From Nemertoderma westbladi (lineage: Eukaryota; Animalia; Xenacoelomorpha): a DNA stretch of 64,000 nucleotides. Below are positions 1-12,820 of the stretch, one piece after another (the stretch's first letter is position 1; every line of letters starts with the position of its first letter). The notes beneath the pieces are model-generated. The model ran no database searches. It was not told the DNA's origin and saw nothing but the letters and a program-made list of their open reading frames with translations. The position numbers and the translations under genes were made by a program. The stretch covers positions 1 to 64,000 of the forward strand of contig JAUCBJ010005652.1 in assembly GCA_032718475.1 (NCBI GenBank). The letters are read 5' to 3'.

Positions 1-642
1 GGGTTGGTCTGACGGGTTTACTTACTCTGACTCCTGGTTGCTTATCTCGAATGTAAAGGTCACAATTCTCGGAAAGTCTCACTTCCTCATCTACCTCCTC
101 CCAATCCGTCACAAGATGTTATGTGGGACCGAGGATGTAGCAGAATATGACGTCTTTCTGTCGCAAAAGCTTCCCTAAAGCTGCTGCAAGAAGCTGTCAG
201 TGTCATAAAAACACGTGACTCGTGACTCGCCCCACTATCTTAGCGAAAACACTACAGGTTCGTGAAATGAATTGTTATGATGTCCACAACCAGAAGAATG
301 GGAAAATGGAAGAGGTGAAAACGTCAAAAAGGCAAGAGGCGACTGAACGTGGTGGCAAAGAATTATTCGGGTTATATCGGGTTATTTTGTGAACAATGCA
401 CATTATAATGTGTGTAGGTGTTGTTCCCATCACCATATCTCCTTTCGTTATTTCAATAAACACGAATTCCGAACACTGACCAGTGACCATTGGAAAGCCC
501 ATACTCGATATACTGATATAGTGGGGGTAGGCTAGGTGTTGTTCGCCTGAGCGTTGGTGCATTCGTTGTTTAAATGACACCCATAACAACCCGTTGCTAT
601 GGTAACACAAATGCAAAACAATGACCATACCTAAATATAGTT

Positions 643-2027
643 AAACTGTCCGCAAACCTGTCCGCAAACCTGTCCGCATACTTGTCCGCAAAACCTGCCC
701 GTAAACCTGTCCGCATACCTGTCCGCAAACCTGCCTGCAAAACCTGTCCGTAAACCTGTCTGCAAACCTGTCCGCGACACTTGTCCGCAAACCAGTCCGC
801 AAAACCTGTCCGTAAACCTGTCCGCAAACCTGTCCGCAAACCTGTCCGCAAAACCTGTCCGTAAACCTGTCCGCAAACCAGTCCGCAAACCTGCCTGCAA
901 ACCTGTCCGTAAACCTGTCTGCAAACCTGTCCGCACACTTGTCCGCAAACCAGTCCGCAAACCTGTCCGTAAACCTGTCCGCAAACCAGTCCGTAAATCT
1001 GTCCGCAAACCTGTCCGTAAACTTGTCCGCAAACCAGTCCGCAAACCTGTCTGTAAACCTGTCTGCAAACCTGTCCGCAAACTTGTCCGCAAAACCTGTC
1101 CGCAAACCTGTCTGCAAACCTGTCCGTAAACCTGTCCGCAAAACCTGTCCGTAAACCTGTTTGCAAACTTGTCCGCAAACTTGTCCGCAAACCTGTCCGT
1201 AAACCTGTCCGTAAATCTGTCCGCAAAACCTGTCCGTAAACCTGTCCGCAAACCAGTCCGCAAACCTGTCTGCAAACCTGTCCGTAAACCTGTCCGCAAA
1301 CTTGTACGCAAACCTGTCCGTAAACCTGTCCGCAAAACCGGTCCGTAAACCTGTCTGCAAACCTGTCCGCAAACTTGTCCGCAAACCAGTCCGCAAACCT
1401 GTCCGTAAACCTGTCCGCAAACCAGTCTGTGAATCTGTCCGTAAACTTGTCCGTAAACCTGTCCGCAAACTTGTACGCAAATCTGTCCGCAAACCTGTCC
1501 GCAAACCAGTCCGCAAACCTGTCCGTAAACCTGTCCGCAAACCTGTCCGTAAACGTGTCCGCAAACCTGCCCGCAAACATCTGTCCGCAAACCTGTCCGC
1601 AAACCTGTCCGCAAATCTGTCCTAAAATCTGTCCGCAAACCAGTCCGTAAACCTGTCCGTAAACCTGTCCGCAAACCTGTCCGCAAAACCTGTCCGCAAA
1701 TCTGTCCTAAAATCTGTCCGCAAACCTGTCCGCAAACCAGTCCGTAAACCTGTCCGTAAACCTGTCCGCAAACCTGTCCGCAAAACCTGTCCGCAAACCA
1801 GTCCGCAAACCTGTCCGTAAACCTGTCCGTAAACCTGTCCGCAAACCTGTCCGCAAACTTGTCCGCAAACCAGTCCGCAAACCTGTCCGTAAACCTGTCC
1901 GTAAACCTGTCCGCAAACCTGTCCGCAAACTTGTCCGCAAACCAGTCCGCAAACCTGTCCGCAAAACCTGTCCGTAAACCTGTCCGCAAACTTGTACGCA
2001 AACCTGTCCGTAAACCTGTCCGTAAAC
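643..2027. repeat. 12-bp minisatellite (consensus AAACCTGTCCGC/T), roughly 115 units, in a KIF16B intron
   Basis: Directly visible tandem units with variants (aaacttgtccgc, aaaccagtccgc, aaacctgtccgt); explains the FADR/LRTG/CGQV pseudo-ORFs. Confidence 0.97.
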
Positions 2028-2182
2028 TGCTGTTCGTTTTACGTTTGCGCCCGTATCGTAGGTACACCCCTGACGGGGTAAAAGCTTTTATATCTTTTAA
2101 AATTGTTAAAATAAATTTAAAATAAATAAATTTTTATGTCTAAACAGCGATAATTCTATAATTATAAATGTGTGTTTTTCAG

Positions 2183-2307
2183 GTGGAAAGAATCTCAGAA
2201 AGTTTTAGAAGAACGAAGTTTGGCATTGCGACGAGAAGGTATAGGCGTCTATGTAGATTCCCAGTTACCTCATCTTGTAGGTCTGGAAGACGATTTGTTA
2301 TCCACTG
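2183..2307 (+). CDS. KIF16B: Kinesin-3 KIF16B internal exon (just before the FHA domain)
   Basis: ttttcAG acceptor at 2181-2182 and G|GTGAGT donor at 2308; encodes WKESQKVLEERSLALRREGIGVYVDSQLPHLVGLEDDLLSTG, the KIF16B 'LPHLIGIDDDLLSTG' segment. Confidence 0.9.
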
Positions 2308-2991
2308 GTGAGTGCTTACATTGTTACATCGTACTGTACACGACGGTCTCAGTATAGTTATACAGATTAATTTGCTTCAGGTATTATATCCGTATATTCC
2401 GTTCTCGAACAGACAATAATTATAGTTTATTGAAGTACCGTTGTCCAATGAAACGAATAAATTTTTAGTCTACAAAAGTTATACAAATTGTAGAATTATA
2501 CAAATATTCACCATCAGCCGCACTAATTCTTTAAGCTGTAGCAAACAGTTTCGTGCGAGCCAATCCAATTATATATTCGGTTTAAATTTACAATATGTGT
2601 AGCTGATAAAAAGTTTAGAAAGTTTTGAGAATTGCTGTCAATTTTGTTCAGAGAGGTTAGTAACCGATCAAATACAATTTAATGAATAATATTATATCAA
2701 TAATAATATTAATTTTTAATGAATGTTAATTAATAAATGGAATAATAGGATAATAATATAATAATTAATTAGTGTTATAATATACACCCGGCCATTCGGG
2801 GTAAGTGAAGAGAAGGGCACAATGGGCAAACTAGGGGTAATTAAAAAACTAATTAATAAATAATATCAATTAATTTAATATTATAATATTAATAATTTAT
2901 CAGTATAAATAATATATTGTGAACGAAATTACATTGATTCTATAAACATATATTCTTATATTATTCCTTGATATTTTATACTAAATTCCAG

Positions 2992-5858
2992 GGATCACTA
3001 TTTATCATCTACACGAAGGAGTGACGACTGCTGGTCGCAATATCACGTTGGTGAGACCCAACCTGAGCTTCAGTCTGATGGAGCTGGACAGATTGTCGCC
3101 GGAACCAACGACCAATAGAAGGCCATCCGTGGATGACGTCACCACCCCGGAATCTAAACCGGACATTCATCTGTCAGGCGAAGCAGTCAAGGACCAGCAT
3201 TGTTGGTTCAATATGGTCTCCGGGGTGGTTACTATCCATCCCCTAGGTAACGCCTTGTGTCTGGTAAACAACATCACGGTAACACAGCCCCAAAGGCTGT
3301 CCCAGGGCTGCGTGGTTCAACTGGGCCGGTCTAATTACTTTCGGTTCAACAACCCATCAGAGGCCGCGGCTCTTAGGGAGAAGAGGCTCAGCTCATCGGT
3401 TCAAGACATTAGCGCTTCTATAGACAACCTCAGTTGTCTCTTTAACGTTTCCTCAGCCAATAAGGAATTGAATATGTCGTTACTAGGCAACGATTCTGAA
3501 GGAGGGGATTATCATGATGAGATTAGGAGTGTGCAAGAACGGTTACGTAAAGAACAACAAGAGTTGGAGCGACAGACGAGAGACTTCCTAAAGGAGAGAG
3601 GCGAACTTACATTGGAGAAGGAGAAGTTTCGTTTAGAGAAGGCGAAATCTCGTCGGGTTGTTGATAAACCGGGGGATTCGCGGGATCTAAGAGACGAGTT
3701 GAAGGGGAAGGTTAATATCGAGTTGTCCAAGATGGTAGTCGTAAAGGAATCCGCTCTCGATGCGATTAATGAAGCTGTTGATGCCTTGACTTCGGAAAAA
3801 GAGAGAATTGAACGTGAAACTCAACTTCAGCAAGAGATGTTGATGAACGACAAGTACATATTGGAACAGGAGCGCTGGGAGCTCTCCAACGCAATGGAGC
3901 AGATACTCGATGAAATCGATAACGATATAGAGCGTTCCCAACAGGAGTACAACACTGGCAAGGAGTTAGTGGAACGTTGTGAGACAGAGTTGAATAGGCT
4001 GGAAGAAAAGAAACAATCGTTGAAGCCCATAGATGATGTAAATCGAGTAATCCGTTCCAATTCTTTCGATGATTCAGATGTGGCTCAAAGTGTTGAGAAT
4101 TATATAAAGCATCAGAATGATGAGTTTGAGACTTTTATAAAGCCGCAGTGGGTGGAGCTGAATGACGCTAAAGATAGCTTGATGGAGAAGGAGAAAGATT
4201 ATAAGTTTCAATCGAGTTCCACTGTGGGTGAGGAGAAGGTGGGCGAATTCGAGAGAGAGAAGCTGCGATTACACAAGTTAGAAATCCGATTGCGAGCCAG
4301 GGAAGCCGCCTTTAGAGATACAATCGAAATGGAGAACAAACATTTCGAGAAACTCAGAAAGGAAAACCGCGAAGCTCTGATTTCGGAGTTACTGAAAATC
4401 AAAGAGGAAGAAAGAAAGAGTCTGTTGGTTATTGAAGAAGATATAGCTGCGAAGAGTAAGTCTCTGGGAGAATGTAAACAAAAGCTCGAGCAATGCAAGA
4501 AGCATTTGGATGTGGAGATGGAGAAACGCGAAGAGTTTATCGGGTCGAGTAGACTAGAGGTTGAAAGCGTTGATGAAGAGAAGTTGGAGATTATAGAGGA
4601 AGAGTTACGAGTGGAGGAAGATGCTGAAAAACTATTTGAGACTATTAGTAAGGGCGAGTTGTTGCTGGATGAAGCATCCAGCTTTATTGATACAACTTTG
4701 GAGTCCCAATCGGGTAAACTTCAGCAGTTTAGAGACTGTTTGGAATCTCCTGAGGAGCCTCAGGGAGATCTTACCAACGATAATTACGTCAAAGAACAAA
4801 GAGCCATGAATAATCTATTGAAGGAGAACGACGGCCTTATCGAAGGAATTGTAGGAACAATGAAATCCTTATCGCCTTACGGGATCCAGTTGGCGCTGGT
4901 TGGTGACAGTTCGTTAAACGTTGAATCTCTCCCACCGCCGAACGCCACATCCAGCCCCATTACGCCGATCGGCCCCCAACTGGGGCGAGGACCTCCCCAG
5001 TTCTCCTGCAACCGCGGTTCGCTCTACGATCTAACGGGCTCGAGCATCTCCAGTCGTCGGAGCGGTCTCCTCTCGAGTAGAAACAGTTCGGTGTCCTCTC
5101 AACTCGATCTCCCCGGCAGACTCCCGGCCTTCTCCGACTATCAACGGAGGTGGTCGACGTCCTCCAGACGTCGGGACCTCTTCGCACCAGATCGACGGAC
5201 TCACTCGCTTATGTCCGTTGCCGAAGCAACTGACCCCGTCGTCGGAGACGATCTTCCCGAAAGCGACAAACACCTCGCTGTGCGGGGCTCCGATCACTCT
5301 CGATCGCAGAGCGCGTTGATTCCCCGTTCGCGCAGCGCGCTGGGCGGCGAGCTAACCCGCCCCGGTTCTCTTCTCCTCCTCCCGAGGACTTCTTCGATGT
5401 ACGCGAACCGCTCCGTCTTCCCTCCGCCGGAGTCCCCCGTCCGCGTCGCGGTCCCCCGGTTCATCCTGCGGCGCGGCGCCGGTCGCTCAATGTTCCACGA
5501 GTTCGAGATCTCGGTGGCCACGTGGGACGGCGTCGGACAGACTGTCTGGACGGTTCACCGACGCTACGAGCGGTTCCGGGATCTGCACTCCGAGATGGGT
5601 CGTAGGTTCGCGGAGGTTCGCACCCTCTCTCTTCCGGGTCGGAGGTTCTTCCGCAGTTTGGATTACAACTTCGTGGTAAGTCGTCGTGCTCAACTAGAAA
5701 CTTACCTTAAGGCCCTCATCAATCTCCTTATTTCTTTGCCTCTCAGTCCGTTACACCATCAGCGATGCCAAGGGCGCGTTTCTAAAACACTCCTCTGCGA
5801 ATTTATCCCGTTTTTTCGGAAGGGAGTATTCGAGACAACAAGTTCGTCAACTCGTTGA
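2992..5858 (+). CDS. KIF16B: KIF16B terminal exon: FHA domain, long coiled coil, C-terminal PX domain
   Basis: ttccAG acceptor at 2990-2991, phase matches the previous exon (STG|ITIYHLHEGVTTAGR); FHA motif 'RLSQGCVVQLGRSNYFRFNNP'; PX motif 'WTVHRRYERFRDLH...LP...RRAQLETYL'; stop TGA at 5856-5858. Confidence 0.9.
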
Positions 5859-6205
5859 TTCTATTTACCAGATCTCTTTATATTCTGTTTGTTATGAGGA
5901 TTCTATAATTTTTCTAACCTGAAGATAAACTTTTCATTTTGCAGTTGAACCGCTTATATAATTTTATTTTAATTGTAGCACAATATACGTACTTCTTTCT
6001 ATACCACAATTCAGTATATTATTATATACCACACTGTGTATTCGGTATGCATTATGCAGCACAAAGTGTACTTGGTATGTATTATGTAGCACACTGTCCA
6101 TTCGGTATGTATTATGTAGCACACTGTCCATTCGGTATGTATTATGCAGCACAATGTTTACTTTTACTTGGTATGTATTTTGTACCACACTGTTTGTGTA
6201 TGCAT

Positions 6206-6570
6206 TAGTGATTAAACGGGATCAGACTTTATCGGGATCGCAATTGCAATTTTGGATATATTTCCTCAAAGTTAATAGTGATGTGGCGGGTTTTGGGTAA
6301 CACTCACTTTATCTTACACTTCTGCAATATTAGTAAGATAAAGTTGTATTAAAATTGTTTTCCAATTGATTACTGGATGGTTTACTGACATATAAATTCG
6401 ATATAATCAAAACATTTCCGTTCTGCTGGAAATATTTATCGGCTATTCATAATATTTACTTCACTTGTTATACTTCGGGATCCCGGTCCAAAAACGTTGG
6501 GATCGGGGTTGCATTTTTCGCCGGGATCCCGGTATTTCGAGATTGGGATCGGGATCCCGTTTAAACACTA
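6206..6570. mobile_element. hAT-type MITE
   Basis: TIRs TAGTGATTAAACGGGATC / GATCCCGTTTAAACACTA (1 mismatch); perfect 8-bp TSD GTATGCAT at 6198-6205 and 6571-6578; CGGGAT subterminal repeats. Confidence 0.88.
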
Positions 6571-7218
6571 GTATGCATTATGTACCACAATGTGTATTCG
6601 GTATGTATTATGTACCACAATGTGTATTCGGTATGTATTATGTACCACAATGTGTATTCGGTATGTATTATGCAGCACAATGTTTACTTGGTATGTATTA
6701 TGCAGCACAAAGTGTACTTGGTATGTATTATGTAGCACACAGTGTATTCGGTATGTATTATGCAGCACAATGTGTATTCAGTATGTATTATATACCACAA
6801 TGTGTATTCGGTATGTATTATGCTGCACAATGTTTACTTGGTATGTATTATGTAGCACACAGTGTATTCGGTATGTATTATGCAGCACAATGTTTACTTT
6901 TACGTAGTATGTATTTTGTACCACACTGTTTGTGTATTCGGTATGTATTATGCACCACAATGTTTACTTTTACTTGGTATGTATTATGTAGCACACAGTG
7001 TATTCGGTATGTATTATGTAGCACAATGTGTATTCAGTGAGTATTATATACCACACTGTATTCGGTATGTATTATGCAGCACAATGTTTACTTTTACGTA
7101 GTATGTATTTTGTACCACACTGTTTGTGTATTCGGTATGTATTATGCTGCACAATGTTTACTTGGTATGTAATTTGTACCACAACGTCATTGTGTATTCG
7201 ATATGTATTATAATTATA

Positions 7219-8279
7219 CAAGGTGTACTAAATAACAGGTCATGCAGCGAGCGGATTGCTGAAATTAGCGGAGGCCGATCGTTTCCCTATTTATGGAACT
7301 ATTTTCATAATATTTCCTTAGAAACTTCTTATGTGCTTCTTTGGTTAGGTGGATATGATGACTAGGATTCATAGCAATGTAATAAAATGTCTTTCTGGAA
7401 TTTTTATCTTGTAGTTGCCAAGGTAACCGGGTGCGAAGTTCAAACTTTGCGCGCCTGTATTTCAAGGCGACAAATGATTCTTCCCTTGAGATTTGGTAGG
7501 TGATTAAAGGAAGTAAAAGTCTATCAAAATATTTTACATTTGAATTTGTTTACATTCCCGTTGCCATAGAAATAAGTAGAATGAAAAATTTTAATAATTG
7601 TCTACCAATTCTATAAAACACCATTTTTATTCGGTTTGTCAGTCTAAATAATAAGTTAAAATTGCCAACATTTAATTTTATAATTCGTCAATTATGAATC
7701 ATATTTCTAAAAGTCAATATTTGCAAATAAACTAAACTGTCCAATCAGAGAGCAAGATCTGTTATAGCATGATTTTGACATTCCAGAATATTAAATTTCG
7801 GTTAGCAATTATTAGAAATAAAGGACAGCCACCAGGCATTTTTGTTGAAAATTATATAAGTAATAAATAGTAGCCGAATTTCAATCTGGCTGTCATAATG
7901 GGAAATTATCGTAATTCCCGTCACCATGGAAACGGGATTGAAAAATAAATTAAATGTAAAATATTTTGATAGACTTTTATTCCCTTTACTCATATACCAA
8001 ATCTCAAGAACAGAATCCCTTGTCGTTTTGAATTACAGGCGCTCGAAATTTGAACTTTGCACCCGATTACCTTGGCAACTACAAAATAAAAAATTCCAAA
8101 AACACTTTTTATTAAATTTCTATGAACCCTAGTCATCATATCCACCTAACCAAAGTTGCATAAGATGGGTTTCTAAGAAAATATTATGAAAATAGTGTCA
8201 TACAGTAAATAGGGAAACGATCGGCCTCCGCTAATTTCAGCAATCAGCTCGCTGCATGACCTGTTATTTAGTACACCTG
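7219..8279. mobile_element. Foldback-type non-autonomous DNA transposon with long inverted arms (Tc1/mariner-like ends)
   Basis: Left end ta-CAAGGTGTACTAAATAACAGGTCATGCAGCGAGC, right end GCTCGCTGCATGACCTGTTATTTAGTACACCTG; inverted similarity continues for over 350 bp. Confidence 0.82.
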
Positions 8280-8650
8280 ATTATATACCACACACTGTAT
8301 CGGTATGTATTATATACCACACTCTGTATCGGTATGTATTATGTTCCGGGATGAGTATTCGGTATATATTATGTACCACAATGTGTATTCGCTATGTATT
8401 ACGTAGCGGTAGCACAATGTTTATGTATTATGTAGCACAATTTGTATTTTAGGTATTTCGATGATGTTTATTTAAACTACCTTGACTCCGATTATCTGTA
8501 TTATGAATGACACTTGATACATTTTCATCTAATACGTACAGATTTGAATCTTTCTTACCACATCCGTATATATTTTTATTATTTTTGTGGATCTCTTCTT
8601 GGCCTTCTAGATTTTTTTAGTATTTAAACGAGTTTGTAAAGTGCATTTCA

Positions 8651-10506
8651 GGGGACATCCATTAATGACGTCACGTTTTATAAAGACATTTTTGACCCCC
8701 CCCCCCTCCCCATTGTCACGTCACACTCGATAAAAATAAATGATTACTATTATATTATTAGAACAAAATATGTGTAATGAATTTGTAAACTATAAACTAT
8801 AGCTATAAACTAACATTACAAATTAATAAGAGTATTTCAGACATGCTCCCATGGGCACGATGACAGGTGGTCTGTCATGCTTATATTAGCCATTGGTGAC
8901 TTGGTGAGACATCAGGTACTGGGTGTGGGTTCGCAGGGGATTCATAATCAAAACGGGTTTTGGAACTACCGCTACGATATGGAGGGATATAAAGTGATTT
9001 TTATGTAAAACTTTCGATGCAAAGTAAAGATGGCATTCTTTACAAACACGCTCGACTAATTTTACCAATTATGGAAGGGCAGTTTAGAGGTCGTAAGGTA
9101 ACATTTTCAAGGTTGTCGTTGGAAGAGGTAATAGTTTAAATATGGTATCCTTTAGAGCTAAATTGACTAAAAGAGATGGGAAATTGAGTATAATAGTTCG
9201 ATTGTTCTGGACAGATGTCTCCTTGAATAGTTTGCGTTATCGGGATTTCTTGCTGCCGGTTGCTCGGCACCGCACCGCACCGCACCGCACCGCACCGCAC
9301 CGCACCGCACCGCACCGCACCGCACCGCACCGCACCGCACCGCACCGCACCGCACCGCACCGCACCGCACCGCACCGCACCGCACCGCACCGCACCGCAC
9401 CGCACCGCACCGCACCGCACCGCACCGCACCGCACCGCACCGCACCGCACCGCACCGCACCGCACCGCACCGCACCGCACCGCACCGCACCGCACCGCAC
9501 CGCACCGCACCGCACCGCACCGCACCGCACCGCACCGCACCGCACCGCACCGCACCGCACCGCACCGCACCGCACCGCACCGCACCGCACCGCACCGCAC
9601 CGCACCGCACCGCACCGCACCGCACCGCACCGCACCGCACCGCACCGCACCGCACCGCACCGCACCGCACCGCACCGCACCGCACCGCACCGCACCGCAC
9701 CGCACCGCACCGCACCGCACCGCACCGCACCGCACCGCACCGCACCGCACCGCACCGCACCGCACCGCACCGCACCGCACCGCACCGCACCGCACCGCAC
9801 CGCACCGCACCGCACCGCACCGCACCGCACCGCACCGCACCGCACCGCACCGCACCGCACCGCACCGCACCGCACCGCACCGCACCGCACCGCACCGCAC
9901 CGCACCGCACCGCACCGCACCGCACCGCACCGCACCGCACCGCACCGCACCGCACCGCACCGCACCGCACCGCACCGCACCGCACCGCACCGCACCGCAC
10001 CGCACCGCACCGCACCGCACCGCACCGGTATATATTATACTAAACTAAAACATTACAACAATTTATTGTAAGTTAAGTTAATTAGCCAGACAACAGCTAA
10101 TGTACCATACTGTACATACATACTGTACAGTTCTCCACGGTAAATATCACCTGCAACAGTAAGTTGATAGCTGGTTACAGTTTAAAACGAAAGTACTCTG
10201 CACAGTAGTAACAGTAGACATATATAGTATACATACGTAGGCTATGTATTGTATAGCTGATATGGTTGAACCATAGAATACTGTAGTAAATTTGTACAAA
10301 CCAATGGTTAAGTGGCTTTTTCATACTACCGGTGGTACCCTGAAAGTATACACGTTATGTATTTAATATTCAGTAATTATATCGGAAACTTATAATGTGA
10401 CGTCACGATATTGCGGACCCCCTCCCTCCCCCACGTCACAAATCATCACGAAATATCAAACCCCATCCCCCCCTTGTCCAGCGTGACGTCATTTATGGAT
10501 GGCCCC
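8651..10506 (-). mobile_element. Defective DNA transposon, Zator-like, with a transposase C-terminal remnant and an internal microsatellite
   Basis: TIRs GGGGACATCCATTAATGACGTCACG / CGTGACGTCATTTATGGATGGCCCC; frameshifted minus-strand remnant 'LPYDL..CPS..KLVERVCKECHLYFAS' near 8990-9110; superfamily is from recollection and the TSD is not preserved. Confidence 0.65.
9267..10026. repeat. Perfect (GCACC)n pentanucleotide microsatellite, about 152 units
   Basis: 760 bp of uninterrupted GCACC. Confidence 0.99.
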
Positions 10507-11174
10507 TTTTCCATAAAATTTACTTTTCTGCTTCTGAAATTTATCTTCATTTTTATTAATTTGATATATTTGATATCAAATTCGACATGCAGATATGCTG
10601 TTCATATAAAGTCCAAAATACTTCCGAAATTATTTGACATTTTAGAAATACGGCGATTTTAAGTTTGTTGATATGGTGGTAAATAGGCTATATGATGAGT
10701 TATGGAACTGAATGGTGCTCTCGTTTTACACACTATTGTGTACAGTATGTAAATGAAATCTAAAAAGGAAAATCTTACCATAATGCATGTGGAATAACAG
10801 TTTTAATCCTTTTAAAGAGAAAATTAACCAAATATTTTAAATTATTAACCGATGTTTCCATACTGGAGCATGACCTTCCAAGATATATCTTTAGTCATAA
10901 TTTGAGTAAAATAATATGTAAATATTTATTATTTGTAGATAGACCGAATATCCCTCCACCTCCCCCACCTGTCACATCATAATAATATACTGTAGTCTTT
11001 GGGATAGGTAGGTAGGTACCGGTACTTCATATTAAATATTATTCAATGTAATTATTGTAAAGTAGGGCCACAAAACAATTAATTATTATTCTTAAATAAA
11101 TTTAATATAAAAATAGTAATCCTCAGTGAATTGATTCTTAAAACCTTTTGATAGAATTCAACGGGCTATTTGAA

Positions 11175-12820
11175 TGGGGTAGACGACTCGGAAATTTTTT
11201 TTCGAGTTTTCGTTGGTTTCATGTGAAAGAGCATGTGAAAAAACCCCAGAGAGCAATTTTACTTCAAAAAAATTAATATTTGCCGAGTTATAGCAATTTT
11301 AAAACGCAAAATTAGCAACATCGAAAAATCAGGCCGTTTCAGAAACCTGCACTAGTGACGTCAGCCATAACACAGCAACAGTTGTCAAGCGCAGTTGATT
11401 GGCTAATATAAAGTATAATATTGCAGTATCTAAAATAAAACAAATAATAAATGTAGCTATGTATTTATTTGGATATGTATTTGTGTTGTGTTAAAAATCG
11501 ATTACAGGATAGCGGTATGGAGGCAAATTATTCATCAAGTTAATTATTCTAGAATAATATTTATTTCGCCCATACCTGTATCGTAGAGGTGTAGCTAAAA
11601 ATAAATATAGCTAGCTAATTACTGCCAGCCGTTTCATTAATCTATTTTTTAATTGTTTTTACAGCGAACAATGCGGGATGGGTAGATTAGCACTAGATGG
11701 AAATTATTTAGATTTTTTGTCAGTTCACTGTAAAGTGTTACTGGTACTAGTGTTGCACGTTTCACCATTATTCTGCCTTTCATAATAGCTGTTTTTGGTT
11801 TGACATCCAAAAATATCAAAATACCAAAAAATACCAAAACATAATGTTTTGGGCTATTGATTTATGTTCTTGACATATTTTGGCTAGTTACATGTGAAAA
11901 AAAAATGTTTAAAGAAAATAAAAACAAATGTTTGTGATAGCTAGTGTTTTCAATGGTATGTACTGTTTTAATATTGTAGCTAGTGTTTTTATAAAATACC
12001 ACAAAATCTTATTTTTTGATGCCATTTCAGATGCCATTACACCAACGCATGTGGTAGAAGTAAAATGTCCAACATCAAAACATGCCATTCAAAAATCTTA
12101 TCTTACACAATCGAATATCGTAAGCGTATGTCACAAATCCAACTTCAAATGCTTCTTTGCAATAAACAATTGGCCTTGTTTAGTGTCGCAGATCCATCTT
12201 TTGAAATAAATGGCGAAGTGAAAATAGTTGAAGTATCATATGATTCCATATACATGCAAAGTTTACTGAAAAGTAGTCGTAGCTTCTGGAAGGAATATAT
12301 ATTTCCCAAAATTGTGAAAAAATAGATAATTAAAAAATGTAAATTATACAGTAGTTATAGTTCAACTAAATTCTGATTAATGCTGATTGTATTGAGATGG
12401 CAGCTGAAGATACGACGTCATCCATTACAGCTACATGGACTAACTCTATCAATGCTTTTTGGAATTCAATAATTTAACTTGTATAAAAATAATTACAATC
12501 GAAAAAGTGCGAATCCACAATCCGTATCCGTAATCTAAGTTTTGAAGCTGAATAAAACATCAATAAGCTACTGGATTTCTACCACCTGGCAGTTTTAGCT
12601 ACAAAATATGTTTTATTTTTATAGCTAACAACTGTATAGTTTGGGAAAAATAATTATTATTCTGGAATAATTAACTTGTTATGAATCAATTTCCACATCA
12701 ATTTCCATCATTATTTCCACAATTTTTTTTAAGTAAAATTGCTCTCTGGGGTTTTTTCACATGCTCTTTCACATAAAACCAACGAAAACTCGAAAAAAAA
12801 TTTCCGAGTCGTCTACCCCA
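11175..12820 (+). mobile_element. Non-autonomous Kolobok-like DNA transposon
   Basis: About 100-bp near-perfect TIRs TGGGGTAGACGACTCGGAAA... / ...TTTCCGAGTCGTCTACCCCA, flanked by TTGAA on both sides; further inverted subterminal similarity; internal YqaJ-like nuclease remnant. Confidence 0.72.
12030..12325 (+). pseudogene. YqaJ/lambda-exonuclease-like PD-(D/E)xK nuclease fragment, frameshifted
   Basis: 'DAITPTHVVEVKCP' then, in another frame, 'QIQLQM...LFSVADP...FWKEYIFP'. Confidence 0.75.

Larger units (their letters stand above)
6010..8450. repeat. ~30-bp minisatellite (GGTATGTATTATGTAGCACAATGTGTATTC) split into three blocks by two MITE insertions
   Basis: Units visible at about 6010-6200, 6571-7210 and 8281-8450. 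Confidence 0.92.

Noticed and set aside
2076-2090. GTAAAAGCTTTT matching the start of the BEL LTRs
   Set aside because: Short AT-rich palindrome with no further LTR similarity
597-2125. Long ORFs with FADR/LRTG/CGQV repeats
   Set aside because: Artefacts of a stop-free 12-bp minisatellite inside an intron
6010-7210. CRISPR-like appearance of ~30-bp repeats
   Set aside because: Units are contiguous with no unique spacers, no cas genes, eukaryotic context
9136-10071. ORFs of RCGAV/HRTAP repeats
   Set aside because: Translation of the (GCACC)n microsatellite
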